64,000 bases of DNA from an uncultured virus (IMG/VR IMGVR_UViG_3300032820_000005) (lineage: Duplodnaviria; Heunggongvirae; Uroviricota; Caudoviricetes). The translations under genes were made by a program, and so were the position numbers. Each line of letters starts with the position of its first letter. Position 1 is the first letter of the stretch. This document shows, piece after piece, positions 38,341-47,197 of the stretch. The notes under the pieces are model-generated. The model was not told where the DNA came from, did no database searches, and saw only the letters and a program-made list of their open reading frames with translations. Where the stretch lies: IMG/VR virus record IMGVR_UViG_3300032820_000005; one strand, written 5' to 3'.

Positions 38341-39174
38341 TTATGTTTCGAGAACTTCTACTTTATCAGCATCTTTTTCTTCTATGAATAAATGCCGTAA
38401 TGATTTACGTTGACGTTCTTTCCTACGTTCCTGTGCATCATAATAATCCGAACCATCATAAATAAATTGTAATTCATGATGCTCGAAAAACTCATACAAC
38501 CTAGATGGATGCGTACCAAATCCCATCCAAGTCATAACATCTATCCCAAACCCTAATTGGATACTAGTAATACGAGAGCATAAACCTAACAACGTACCAT
38601 TTTCACCATGAAATACACCACCGCCTGAGTTGCCAAAAATGGATGGGGCATTATACATAATATAAGACTTTTGGTCAATCATCTCTCGCAGATATGTCAA
38701 TTCACCTTTACTAGCAAAAGGATCATGTAACAAGCTACATCCACTTGTCCAAACATCATCAAATAATTGCAAATCGTCAATACCGTCTTTTGGATAAATT
38801 GTTGCAACATATTCTTGTGGCCTGCTGTTGCGTAGTTTAATCGCTGCCAAATCGTGCCCTTTATCATAAGCTATAATTTCTGCTTGTGAACTATTAGCTG
38901 AAGATATTTTAGAACCATCATAATCAAAAACTTCATTCGCAACTTCTTCTTTAATATCCTTTTTAATTTCTCTTTTCAATAATGAATCCCATTCATCTTT
39001 AACAGAAATAGCACCATCAATAACATGCTGACATGTCAATATGATATTGATATATTTTCCTTCTTCTTTTGGATCTGGTTCACTATACACTAAAACACCA
39101 GATCCGCCAGCTTTTCCAGCTTTTACTCTGGTAACTGGATACAAAATCTTTTCATGTAAATCTTTTTGATTCAT
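38341..39174 (-). CDS. Trypsin-like (S1) serine protease
   Basis: GSGVLV, ILTCQHV (His), DLAAIKL (Asp), GNSGGGVF (Ser) catalytic triad. Confidence 0.9.
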   Translation of the reverse strand: MNQKDLHEKILYPVTRVKAGKAGGSGVLVYSEPDPKEEGKYINIILTCQHVIDGAISVKDEWDSLLKREIKKDIKEEVANEVFDYDGSKISSANSSQAEIIAYDKGHDLAAIKLRNSRPQEYVATIYPKDGIDDLQLFDDVWTSGCSLLHDPFASKGELTYLREMIDQKSYIMYNAPSIFGNSGGGVFHGENGTLLGLCSRITSIQLGFGIDVMTWMGFGTHPSRLYEFFEHHELQFIYDGSDYYDAQERRKERQRKSLRHLFIEEKDADKVEVLET

Positions 39175-39437
39175 GATTTCTCTCCTTTATAAATCAACCA
39201 CATTACAACACATAAAAAAGTCATTATCAATCCTGATATATAATTGAAAAATAGCCAAAATGCATTCAATTCTTTTGTCAATACATATCCCAAACCACAA
39301 TAATAACCTATCCCATTAATTATCAACATTATCAAACTAACATCTCTTGAACTTTTTCGTCTAACCATCTTTATCATTTGTGGAATATAAGCCACACTAA
39401 ATGATACCGAAAGTACTATTCCTAAAAAATCTTCCAT
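39171..39437 (-). CDS. SemiSWEET / PQ-loop membrane transporter
   Basis: 88 aa, three hydrophobic helices, AYIPQMIKMVRRKSSRDVS PQ-loop motif. Confidence 0.85.
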   Translation of the reverse strand: MEDFLGIVLSVSFSVAYIPQMIKMVRRKSSRDVSLIMLIINGIGYYCGLGYVLTKELNAFWLFFNYISGLIMTFLCVVMWLIYKGEKS

Positions 39438-39530
39438 ATTTAAGTAGCGCCGGCCACTTGTATCTCGTAGGACGGCCGGCTATCCTTCATCACATTCGCT
39501 TGGAGTGTACTTGGGAATGTGATTGAAAAA

Positions 39531-39775
39531 TGGTCAATTTCTGTTGACAGGTATTGACCAAACCCCGGCTTGCTTGTTTCTTTTAAGCAGCCATTGGTAA
39601 TTGGTTATTGCCAATTGTTTGTTTGCAACTTTCTGGCTGTTGCCACCACAGGTAATCTTGCTCTTATCATTGTCATATCCTGTCGAATTCCAATTACAGC
39701 CCCATAATGGTGGAGCTGGCCGGAGTCGAACCGGCGTCCAAAATACCAACAACTCAAACTCAAGCGATTACAAGT
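39531..39775 (-). ncRNA. ssrA: Circularly permuted (two-piece) tmRNA; tag (A)GNNQLPMAA
   Basis: Minus strand reads GGACGCCGGTTCGACTCCGGCCAGCTCCACCA (T-arm, acceptor 3' strand, CCA ending at 39708), then TTAT, then GGGGCTGTAATTGGAATTCGAC (5' end at 39703). Acceptor stem has G3-U70. Tag ORF is 39612..39583. Outer boundaries are approximate. Confidence 0.9.
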
Positions 39776-39780
39776 CATTA

Positions 39781-40026
39781 TTAATTCTGAGGATCATACT
39801 TATTGATTGAAGATATGTAATCACTAGATGTACCATCTGAAGTAGTAATCTTCAATCCACTGCTATCATTTTCTGGTGCATCTAATTTAATATTATATCC
39901 ACTACTCGGTTCTGGCTTCAACTTTTCAATAAGAGCATCCAATAATTTTATTGTTTCATCATAGGTTGGAGTCACGACTTCAAGTTCAAATTTAGGATTC
40001 AACATATCAACTCTTGCTTTAAACAT
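39781..40026 (-). CDS. Hypothetical early protein
   Basis: 81-aa ORF directly downstream of a consensus promoter, with AAGGT RBS. Confidence 0.7.
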   Translation of the reverse strand: MFKARVDMLNPKFELEVVTPTYDETIKLLDALIEKLKPEPSSGYNIKLDAPENDSSGLKITTSDGTSSDYISSINKYDPQN

Positions 40027-40050
40027 ATATACCTTTTTCTCTTTACCTAT

Positions 40051-40080
40051 ATTATACCATATTCAGCTAGCGTTTGTCAA
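40051..40080 (-). promoter_or_regulatory. Sigma70-type early promoter
   Basis: TTGACA-N18-TATAAT, nearly identical to the copies at 35912 and 49599; upstream of the tmRNA/protease/flagellin island. Confidence 0.85.
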
Positions 40081-40153
40081 GGCTAATTTCATTCTTTTTG
40101 AAATTAGTTTCAAAATTGCATTGCGTAAAGCTATATATTGTATCATAATGTCA

Positions 40154-40348
40154 TCATTTTTCATCAGTATCACCAAATTTTATTACACCATTATCATAGG
40201 TATCAAGATTTCCTGCCTTACTTCTAGCCATTTGCTTCTGACTATCAGACATATTATTCTTCCAAACATTCTTCGCCTTGCGAATCCGTTTTTTCCTGTT
40301 CTTGACACTCCGATTCTTCATCTTCATATCCCTCCATTTCTGAATCAC
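40154..40348 (-). CDS. Small basic hypothetical protein
   Basis: K/R-rich ORF overlapping the 3' end of ORF 40254..40703; start uncertain. Confidence 0.35.
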   Translation of the reverse strand: MIQKWRDMKMKNRSVKNRKKRIRKAKNVWKNNMSDSQKQMARSKAGNLDTYDNGVIKFGDTDEK

Positions 40349-40703
40349 ACCATCCTATTGGATCATGCATATATTGAGATCTTTTTCTGGCTCTTCTTTT
40401 AGCTTTCAATTGTTTCCTTTCTTCATCTGTTTCTTCTTCATGCAAATCACTTTGTTCTTTAATCAATTCTTGCGCAACAGAAGTAACTCTACCAAATTTC
40501 AATAACAAAGCAAATACGCCAGCTGCTCCTGCACCGCCTACGCCCATCATAACTTCTTCGCCTATACCTTCAAACTCACTCAATATTGGAAGCAACAAAG
40601 ATATAGTAGAACTAACTCCTGCATATTTGTGCCATTCTCCTTTATGAGTTTCTTCGACTCTTTCCTCTATTCGTTCAGAAGACTGTGCACGATCAGCTGA
40701 CAT
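40254..40703 (-). CDS. Hypothetical protein with a hydrophobic segment
   Basis: GVGGAGAAGVFALLL hydrophobic stretch flanked by charged regions. Confidence 0.6.
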   Translation of the reverse strand: MSADRAQSSERIEERVEETHKGEWHKYAGVSSTISLLLPILSEFEGIGEEVMMGVGGAGAAGVFALLLKFGRVTSVAQELIKEQSDLHEEETDEERKQLKAKRRARKRSQYMHDPIGWCDSEMEGYEDEESECQEQEKTDSQGEECLEE

Positions 40704-40713
40704 ACAATTACAA

Positions 40714-41382
40714 TTATATAGGCAGTTCTATAAATCTTTTATATACGTCTATAACGTCTACTAATTTTTTATCCCAATTATCTCTATGCTCTATAAAAAT
40801 AATAGGATCATCACAATAAACAGCCATGATAATAACTATTTGAGTTATAGGAATTTTTGTTCTTTCCTCCCACATTATTGCATAGGCGCAAGACTGTAAA
40901 AAATAATCAGTAATCCATTCTTTCTTTTTAATTTTACTAGAGGTTTTAAAATCAATTACTGACAGCTCCCCATTGTATTCAGCAATACAATCAACTCTAC
41001 CAGCTAAACCCAAATGCTCTGAAAAAAGAGGAACTTCTAATGCATTGATATTATCTATTCTTTCTAATACAGGTAATAGGGTATTGAACATATCTGCGCC
41101 TGCTAGTTCATCCAATTCTACCTTTTCATTCTGTAAATGTTGCTCTATCATACCATGCACTTTTGTACCTTGTGTAGATGCACGTCTAGTTATAGAAGCA
41201 GCTTTCTCTTGGCCAATTCTTTTTCTCCAATCAGCTAAACCTTTCATCTTCCCTGGCTGTTTAGATAAAACAGATGTAATAGATGGCATCTTATCAATAT
41301 CACCGAATTGATAATATCGCATACCATCTTCATTGGTCACAGTAGGCTCTAAAAATTGTAATCCGTCTATATGATTAAACAT
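40714..41382 (-). CDS. PD-(D/E)xK exonuclease (Cas4/RecB-like phage exonuclease)
   Basis: PSITSVL, GTKVHGMIE, AGRVDCIAEYNGELSVIDFKTS, YFLQSCAYA. Confidence 0.9.
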   Translation of the reverse strand: MFNHIDGLQFLEPTVTNEDGMRYYQFGDIDKMPSITSVLSKQPGKMKGLADWRKRIGQEKAASITRRASTQGTKVHGMIEQHLQNEKVELDELAGADMFNTLLPVLERIDNINALEVPLFSEHLGLAGRVDCIAEYNGELSVIDFKTSSKIKKKEWITDYFLQSCAYAIMWEERTKIPITQIVIIMAVYCDDPIIFIEHRDNWDKKLVDVIDVYKRFIELPI

Positions 41383-41911
41383 TTAAATTAAAACATCTCC
41401 TAATCCAGCCCCGAATAAATTTAACTTGACTAGTTCTTTTGGTGTATTTAGCACCATCAAAAACCAAGTTCCAATAAAATCCAGATCGTTCTACCTTCAA
41501 TTCCCAATCTTTAAGATTAGCTGCAGCTTTAATTGTATTAGGGCCAATTCCACCATCAACTGCGATTTGATTCTCAGCTTTACGCTTGTTATTGCATCCT
41601 TGCTGTAATATTTTCACTGCACCACCTTGGCCGTGATTGACAACCATATCAAAATATGTTTCACGAATTTCTTCAGGTAACTGCTCGGCTCTACTTGGTT
41701 TCCAAAATTTTTCAAAATAAATCTCTTTTGCCATTTCTTCTGACATTTCTTTTATTTCTTCTTTATTACATTCATACCCTACATGATTTTCATATACCTT
41801 TTGTGTCACGCCCCAATTGGTGGCACCACCCCTATCGGCTGGATCATCTACATACCCACCTTCATGTTCTAAAACAACTTCTATAATTTCTTCAAATGTC
41901 AAATTGGCCAT
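41375..41911 (-). CDS. GH108 lysozyme / endolysin
   Basis: HEGGYVDDPADRGGATNWGVT, FDMVVNHG, VDGGIGPNT, KFIRGWIRR. Confidence 0.92.
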   Translation of the reverse strand: MANLTFEEIIEVVLEHEGGYVDDPADRGGATNWGVTQKVYENHVGYECNKEEIKEMSEEMAKEIYFEKFWKPSRAEQLPEEIRETYFDMVVNHGQGGAVKILQQGCNNKRKAENQIAVDGGIGPNTIKAAANLKDWELKVERSGFYWNLVFDGAKYTKRTSQVKFIRGWIRRCFNLNV

Positions 41912-41919
41912 AATTCCTC

Positions 41920-42180
41920 CTAAAAATACCTCGACTTCATATTACTGCCAGGCATATTACTTTTAATATCTTTCATCTTATCAATCACATCAGATTGTGG
42001 CCGTTTAATACCCAATCTGACACTGTCACCCATTCCAGGCTTCCCAATCATTAATACAATTGCTTTTTCATCACAAGTAGTACATTCAAATTTAGTTGGA
42101 TCTAACCTATTAGCAATAGGCAACGTCTGATCTAAATATAATTCACCGCATTTTTTGCATTTATAATCATAAGTAGGCAT
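41920..42180 (-). CDS. FmdB-family zinc-ribbon protein
   Basis: MPTYDYKCKKCG...CTTC. Confidence 0.85.
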   Translation of the reverse strand: MPTYDYKCKKCGELYLDQTLPIANRLDPTKFECTTCDEKAIVLMIGKPGMGDSVRLGIKRPQSDVIDKMKDIKSNMPGSNMKSRYF

Positions 42181-42181
42181 A

Positions 42182-42511
42182 TTATTCTATTCCAAATTCT
42201 GTATCATCTAAATCTTCTGTTTTAATATTCATATCAAGTACGCGCGCATCTTCTTCTTCTTCATCATCATCGCCCAATTCTATATCAACATCTCTGCCTG
42301 TTAATGCTTCTACGATTTCTTCAATAACAGCTTCAGTTACTTCTTCAATGATATCATCAACCAAATTACTTTCTTTGATTTTGTCGATAATCATCTCAAT
42401 CAATTCACTGCCTTCATCTAAAAACTGAGCCATAATTTTTTCAATGATATTATCTACTAAATTTCCCAATCCTAATTTCTTCTTCAAACCTAATCTTGCC
42501 ATAATTTTCAC
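42182..42511 (-). CDS. Acidic hypothetical protein
   Basis: 109-aa D/E-rich ORF in the operon. Confidence 0.6.
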   Translation of the reverse strand: MKIMARLGLKKKLGLGNLVDNIIEKIMAQFLDEGSELIEMIIDKIKESNLVDDIIEEVTEAVIEEIVEALTGRDVDIELGDDDEEEEDARVLDMNIKTEDLDDTEFGIE

Positions 42512-42751
42512 CTATACCCTAAAATGATTTTTCATTTCTCTACGATGCCAGTCAGCACCTTCTTCACTATACTTTACTTGATGCCTTTCTATCCACTGCG
42601 ATGCTTCTTTCTTACTACCCATAGCCGTTACAATTTTCTTTTCACCCTTATTTTCTCTAACCGTCCATAATTTACCACCCAATCCAATTTTTTCATGACG
42701 TATTTTATATTCAGGTAGAGGATCATCATCCCCTAATGAAAATAATTTCAT
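42512..42751 (-). CDS. Hypothetical protein
   Basis: 79-aa ORF with AGGAG RBS. Confidence 0.6.
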   Translation of the reverse strand: MKLFSLGDDDPLPEYKIRHEKIGLGGKLWTVRENKGEKKIVTAMGSKKEASQWIERHQVKYSEEGADWHRREMKNHFRV

Positions 42752-43014
42752 TTATTTTTCTCTCCTTTAAGTAATGTGCCATCATAGCAATGAGGGCATA
42801 TATTAATATCATCTCTTAAAAAATGATGTACTGTTTTAACTACTTCTTCTAAAGAAACATTATATCCTTTTCTATTAACACTATCATATACATTTTGGAC
42901 ATACCAACCAAACGGCATATTCCTAAAAATTCCTTGATATGTACCTAAACATTTGTGTATAACTTGCTGACTACTAACATACTTTGAATGGTGCCTAATA
43001 TTATCATTTAACAA
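42748..43014 (-). CDS. Hypothetical protein (CxxC near C-terminus)
   Basis: ORF fills the gap between genes; start uncertain. Confidence 0.5.
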   Translation of the reverse strand: MLNDNIRHHSKYVSSQQVIHKCLGTYQGIFRNMPFGWYVQNVYDSVNRKGYNVSLEEVVKTVHHFLRDDINICPHCYDGTLLKGEKNK

Positions 43015-43019
43015 TGTGA

Positions 43020-44249
43020 TTAAAGTCCGTATCTTCCCTTGTGTGCATTAAAATTTTTTAATATTTCTGCTGCTGTTAAAACTTCACTATATACCATAAC
43101 AGACGCAATTTCACCATTAAAATAGTATTGCGAGATAGTACCTCGCCTGCCAAGAGATGCTGCCGCGCCCCAATCAGCTATCGTATGAGATCTGGTAGTA
43201 CTATTTTCTAGTGAACCATTTAGCCAAACCTGAACAGTGCTTGTTGCATAATTTATAGTCATTGCTATCTGATTCCAACTACCATTACTCATAACTGTCG
43301 TTCCATACAAGCTGAAATTATTGGTATCAGCTGATTGAGTACCAAAAAAATAAATTTTCTGATTCAATACACCAAACCAATTGTCGTGGCCATTAGCATG
43401 TGGCGTATAAACAAAACCCGAATGATCAGTATCTGATTTTATCCAAGCCATTATCGTAGCTACATTGCCACTTCCCAAATCAGGTATATCCATATAATCA
43501 CTGCTTCCATTAAAATCAAAATTCTTCATGCCGGTAGTTGATCCTGAAATATCTGTTGACGAAAATGTCACAGAATCAAAATTAGCATGATTATCGTTAC
43601 CACTTAAATCTCGCCATCCATCATTAGTACTACGAGAGCCAGCAACACCTTTACTAGAATGACCTTTTAGTTCCACTTGAGGCATAAAGTACCATACTGT
43701 ATCACCAACATAAATTCCAATATAATTGCTTATTGTAAGTGCAGTTTCATTGCTAGCAGTAGTGCACGTACCTTCAATGCGTATCCACTCATTACGGGGC
43801 CATGAGCCAGTGCTGGTAGAACCACCGTATGACAAATAACCTAAATTAGTATTCTGTGTAATACCTCGCATATAAGGCGCGCCAACACCAGCTCTATTCT
43901 GTCTATAATAAACAGATAGACTATATGTTGCGGCTCCATCAGGAATATTAGTTATCCCAGGCCCCCGATGCTGGCTACCAACAGTAAGGCATTCACATCT
44001 CACAATTCTCATATCTGAATTTTTATAACCATTCGGTTTCGGTATATCTGTAGCATTAGTCTCAAGAGTAGCAGTACCGCTATTATTCCAATTCCATACT
44101 TCAACCAAATAATTTGGATTAGACCCATAATAAGGCAAAGTATAAGTTAAATTAGTAGTTGCTTCTCCCAGATAACTTTCTTCATTATACTTGTCTAAAT
44201 ATAATATTAAATTTTCTGTAATAATACTAGGGCCCCATATAACTGCCAT
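43020..44249 (-). CDS. LamG/ConA-like lectin-fold protein with a carbohydrate-binding-like insert (probable virion protein)
   Basis: GPSIITENLILYLD, WRDLSGNDNH, FDFNGSSDY, FNGEIASVMVY, NFNAHKGRYGL. Confidence 0.8.
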   Translation of the reverse strand: MAVIWGPSIITENLILYLDKYNEESYLGEATTNLTYTLPYYGSNPNYLVEVWNWNNSGTATLETNATDIPKPNGYKNSDMRIVRCECLTVGSQHRGPGITNIPDGAATYSLSVYYRQNRAGVGAPYMRGITQNTNLGYLSYGGSTSTGSWPRNEWIRIEGTCTTASNETALTISNYIGIYVGDTVWYFMPQVELKGHSSKGVAGSRSTNDGWRDLSGNDNHANFDSVTFSSTDISGSTTGMKNFDFNGSSDYMDIPDLGSGNVATIMAWIKSDTDHSGFVYTPHANGHDNWFGVLNQKIYFFGTQSADTNNFSLYGTTVMSNGSWNQIAMTINYATSTVQVWLNGSLENSTTRSHTIADWGAAASLGRRGTISQYYFNGEIASVMVYSEVLTAAEILKNFNAHKGRYGL

Positions 44250-44260
44250 ACATTTTCCTT

Positions 44261-44836
44261 TTATAAATTATTTTTTATAATCTCAATTGGATATTTTCTT
44301 GTACAAAAATAAGTCAGTGTGATCCTATTACAATTTGTACATGCACGATGCCATACCTTTTCCGAATCTATGCCCCATTTAGTAATTTTATAAGACCACC
44401 CAACAGAGTCATCTATTCTTTTTACATCACCTTCAAGATCAACATATTCAAAAAAACCATCACCTGTTTGACTATAAGTTAAAAGTATATTATATCCTAG
44501 ATGAGTAGTATTAGTATGCCATCCAATACACCCGCCAGCTGGATAAAATACTGAAAGAGGACATTCAACATGTATATCTTCTTTATTTAAATATTCATAT
44601 TTAGATCGAATAAAAGTATAAATCTTATCCACATATTCATGCGGATAATCACCTCCAATAAGCGGAATTCCTTTTAAAATTTTCGGCCTGCGCCAATTTT
44701 CAGTCAAAAAATTATCAGGTTTTTCAGGGCCCTTTTCTACAACCAAAGGAGGAAATTGAGTCAAATCCAATCCCATAAACCACGTTGAAAAATCATTAAA
44801 ATCTTCATTATCAAATGTTCCTATTTCTAATATCAC
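44261..44836 (-). CDS. Putative cupin / 2OG-Fe(II) oxygenase-like protein
   Basis: YPAGGCIGWHTN...VWH...RITL pattern (HxN...H...R). Confidence 0.6.
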   Translation of the reverse strand: MILEIGTFDNEDFNDFSTWFMGLDLTQFPPLVVEKGPEKPDNFLTENWRRPKILKGIPLIGGDYPHEYVDKIYTFIRSKYEYLNKEDIHVECPLSVFYPAGGCIGWHTNTTHLGYNILLTYSQTGDGFFEYVDLEGDVKRIDDSVGWSYKITKWGIDSEKVWHRACTNCNRITLTYFCTRKYPIEIIKNNL

Positions 44837-46044
44837 TAGTGACCATGCCTCCCTTTATGTGCATTATAATTTTGCAATACTTCTGCAGCTGATAAAGGTT
44901 TTCCATAAAATTGCAAAATAGACATATCGCCCCAAAAACTTTGCGAGTATTGATAAGAAGAAGTTCCAGTAGAACTTCCTATTCTCGCGACAGCAAAGTA
45001 CTGATTTGCTCCATCAGAAGAACCATCCATAGAAATTGTAGCATAGTTAGAACCATTATGATACCAATATGCATATCTAGGGCTTGTTGAATTATTAATA
45101 ACTAGCGAAAAATGGGCCCATCTCCCAACTAAACTACCGCCAGGTATAGTTGCATTTCCTGAAAACGAATATCCATTTCCCAATCTAGCTTCAGTCCTGA
45201 AATAAGGACTGGCTGTTCCTTCATTTTTAAACTCCATATGACCTACAGTACCATACTGCACTAGAAACCCCTGGCCATATGTCTGCGCAGATGTGATTCG
45301 ACTCCACCAGCTCCAAGTAATCCCCCCACTGCTATTATTCGGATTCATCTGAGAAGAAGTTATACCATTATCACCACCCCAACCGCCATACAAATATTCA
45401 CCTAAAGGATCACCATCCCTTTCGCCTGATCCATCAAAATGAAAATAACCATCTGAATTCCAAGATGGCATTGTTGCTGTCGTGAGTGTCATATCATTAC
45501 CATTACCAGTTAAATCAAACACATTTCTAAAATTGCCAGATGAATCTGATTCATATAATCTAAAATTTGTTATCCAAACATTGGCGCCACTATCAGTTTC
45601 ACGTCTAAAGTAAAATTTTGACCATGTAGATGCTGCAATGTTTGCAGTTTTATTATATACTTGCTTAGTTGTTGTGGCCTGAACATGATCATAAAATTGA
45701 TTATTAGTACCATTTGTACCACCATCATCATTAACTTCAACTTGAGTAGTAGTAGCACCATCAGATTGATATTCAAATACCATAGTATGCCACCCCGTCG
45801 AAGTGGTAACAAAATCAAAATTCCCTATCCAAGTATCTTCAATTGTATTATGTAATTTTACACCATCAGTTCCAATTGCAGTATGATGAGCTGTATTTCC
45901 ACCAGTATCTACCCATCCTGTAGAAAGTTCACTCTTAGATTTAGCTGGAATCGACCCAACACCAGTATAGCTTTCTCTATTAGCAGCATCTATATAAATC
46001 TTCAGCTTATCTGTAACAATATTCGGGCCACTATATACAGCCAT
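44836..46044 (-). CDS. LamG/ConA-like lectin-fold protein, paralog 2
   Basis: GPNIVTDKLKIYIDAANRESY, DLTGNGN, FHFDG, EVLQNYNAHKGRHG. Confidence 0.8.
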   Translation of the reverse strand: MAVYSGPNIVTDKLKIYIDAANRESYTGVGSIPAKSKSELSTGWVDTGGNTAHHTAIGTDGVKLHNTIEDTWIGNFDFVTTSTGWHTMVFEYQSDGATTTQVEVNDDGGTNGTNNQFYDHVQATTTKQVYNKTANIAASTWSKFYFRRETDSGANVWITNFRLYESDSSGNFRNVFDLTGNGNDMTLTTATMPSWNSDGYFHFDGSGERDGDPLGEYLYGGWGGDNGITSSQMNPNNSSGGITWSWWSRITSAQTYGQGFLVQYGTVGHMEFKNEGTASPYFRTEARLGNGYSFSGNATIPGGSLVGRWAHFSLVINNSTSPRYAYWYHNGSNYATISMDGSSDGANQYFAVARIGSSTGTSSYQYSQSFWGDMSILQFYGKPLSAAEVLQNYNAHKGRHGH

Positions 46045-47168
46045 TATATTCCAAATCTCCCCTTAGATGCATTAAAATTTTGCAATATCTCTGTCGATGT
46101 TAGAGCTGTGTCATACATTCTTACTATATAATATGTTCCATTCCATCCATATCCTGATGATGATTTACTTATATCATTCATACTATAATCAACAAAAGTT
46201 CCATTATCAAGACTACCACTAAGAGCACCAGAAGCCGTTGGGTCAACCGATCCATTTCTATATACATATGCATACAATCCAGATCTTTGTACTACTATTT
46301 GGGTAGGTGTATTATATGCCGTAATACCACCGCCAAGAGCCCCATAAGTACCATCCGTCCAGAACTGAGATATATTTATTCTATATCTAAAACTATTGCT
46401 ACTTCCTGATCCAACTCCGCTACTATCTTTAACGCAAAATCCAGTACTATCATTACCAATATTAGTGCCGCCAGCATCTGTAAACCATATTTCCCATGTG
46501 AAGTGTAAACTATTCAAACTAAAAGTGCCATTTATAGCAGTATTAGAATTTGCCTGCTCGTTTAAGGTTGTCAGACCTCCTGCATTAGTAGAGCTAAATG
46601 TCACAGCTGTTCCAATAGTTGCATTATTATCATTACTGCTCAAATCATTCCAAACAACTGAATTTCCAGCTGAATCGGATTTATATAATCTGAAGTTTGT
46701 AATAGTAATGTTACCAGTACCACCAGACCGAGCAATATACATCGTACTCGCCCCTGTTGAAGTAATATTATTAGTTTCAGTATGTATTTGCTTTGCTGTT
46801 GTAGTGGTAATCGTTGCAGTATAAGCACCAGCATTGACCCCATTATTCTGAATTTTAAAACTAGAAGACCCATCATCAGCTTGATGTTCAAATACCACAG
46901 TATAATATCCTGTAGTTGCAACTGTAGATTGAAAAGATCCAAGCCAATCATTAATAGGTGCTGTGCTATTAATATAAAGACCATCATCTCCAAGTATAGT
47001 ATAATAAGATGTATGTGCCGGTGGACTTGAATCATCTATAAATCCACCCGCAATACTCTCGCTTTTCTGCGGAATAGTTCCAGCCGGTGCATAACTTTCA
47101 ACATTAGCTGCATCCAAATGCAATACTAAATTATCAGTAACCGTATTTGGGCCATATCTCCCCGCCAT
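46044..47168 (-). CDS. LamG/ConA-like lectin-fold protein, paralog 3
   Basis: GPNTVTDNLVLHLDAANVESY, WNDLSSNDN, FTWEIWF, EILQNFNASKGRFGI. Confidence 0.8.
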   Translation of the reverse strand: MAGRYGPNTVTDNLVLHLDAANVESYAPAGTIPQKSESIAGGFIDDSSPPAHTSYYTILGDDGLYINSTAPINDWLGSFQSTVATTGYYTVVFEHQADDGSSSFKIQNNGVNAGAYTATITTTTAKQIHTETNNITSTGASTMYIARSGGTGNITITNFRLYKSDSAGNSVVWNDLSSNDNNATIGTAVTFSSTNAGGLTTLNEQANSNTAINGTFSLNSLHFTWEIWFTDAGGTNIGNDSTGFCVKDSSGVGSGSSNSFRYRINISQFWTDGTYGALGGGITAYNTPTQIVVQRSGLYAYVYRNGSVDPTASGALSGSLDNGTFVDYSMNDISKSSSGYGWNGTYYIVRMYDTALTSTEILQNFNASKGRFGI

Positions 47169-47197
47169 ATTCTATTTTTCCTCTATACTATTATTTA

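Noticed and set aside
39697..39740. tRNA-Ala gene or integration-site tRNA fragment
   Set aside because: No anticodon arm. The halves are in permuted order and followed by a tag frame, which fits tmRNA.
39534..39810. ORFs 39534..39752 (-) and 39601..39810 (+)
   Set aside because: Both overlap the tmRNA gene and have no recognisable motifs.
40254..40703. Holin for the GH108 lysozyme
   Set aside because: Hydrophobic segments are weak and the gene is not adjacent to the lysozyme; evidence is insufficient.
40714..41382. CRISPR-associated Cas4
   Set aside because: This is a common stand-alone T4-like phage exonuclease; no cas genes or array are nearby.
43020..47168. Diversity-generating retroelement acting on the lectin-fold genes
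   Set aside because: No reverse transcriptase in the window, and I saw no near-identical template/variable repeat pair differing at adenines.
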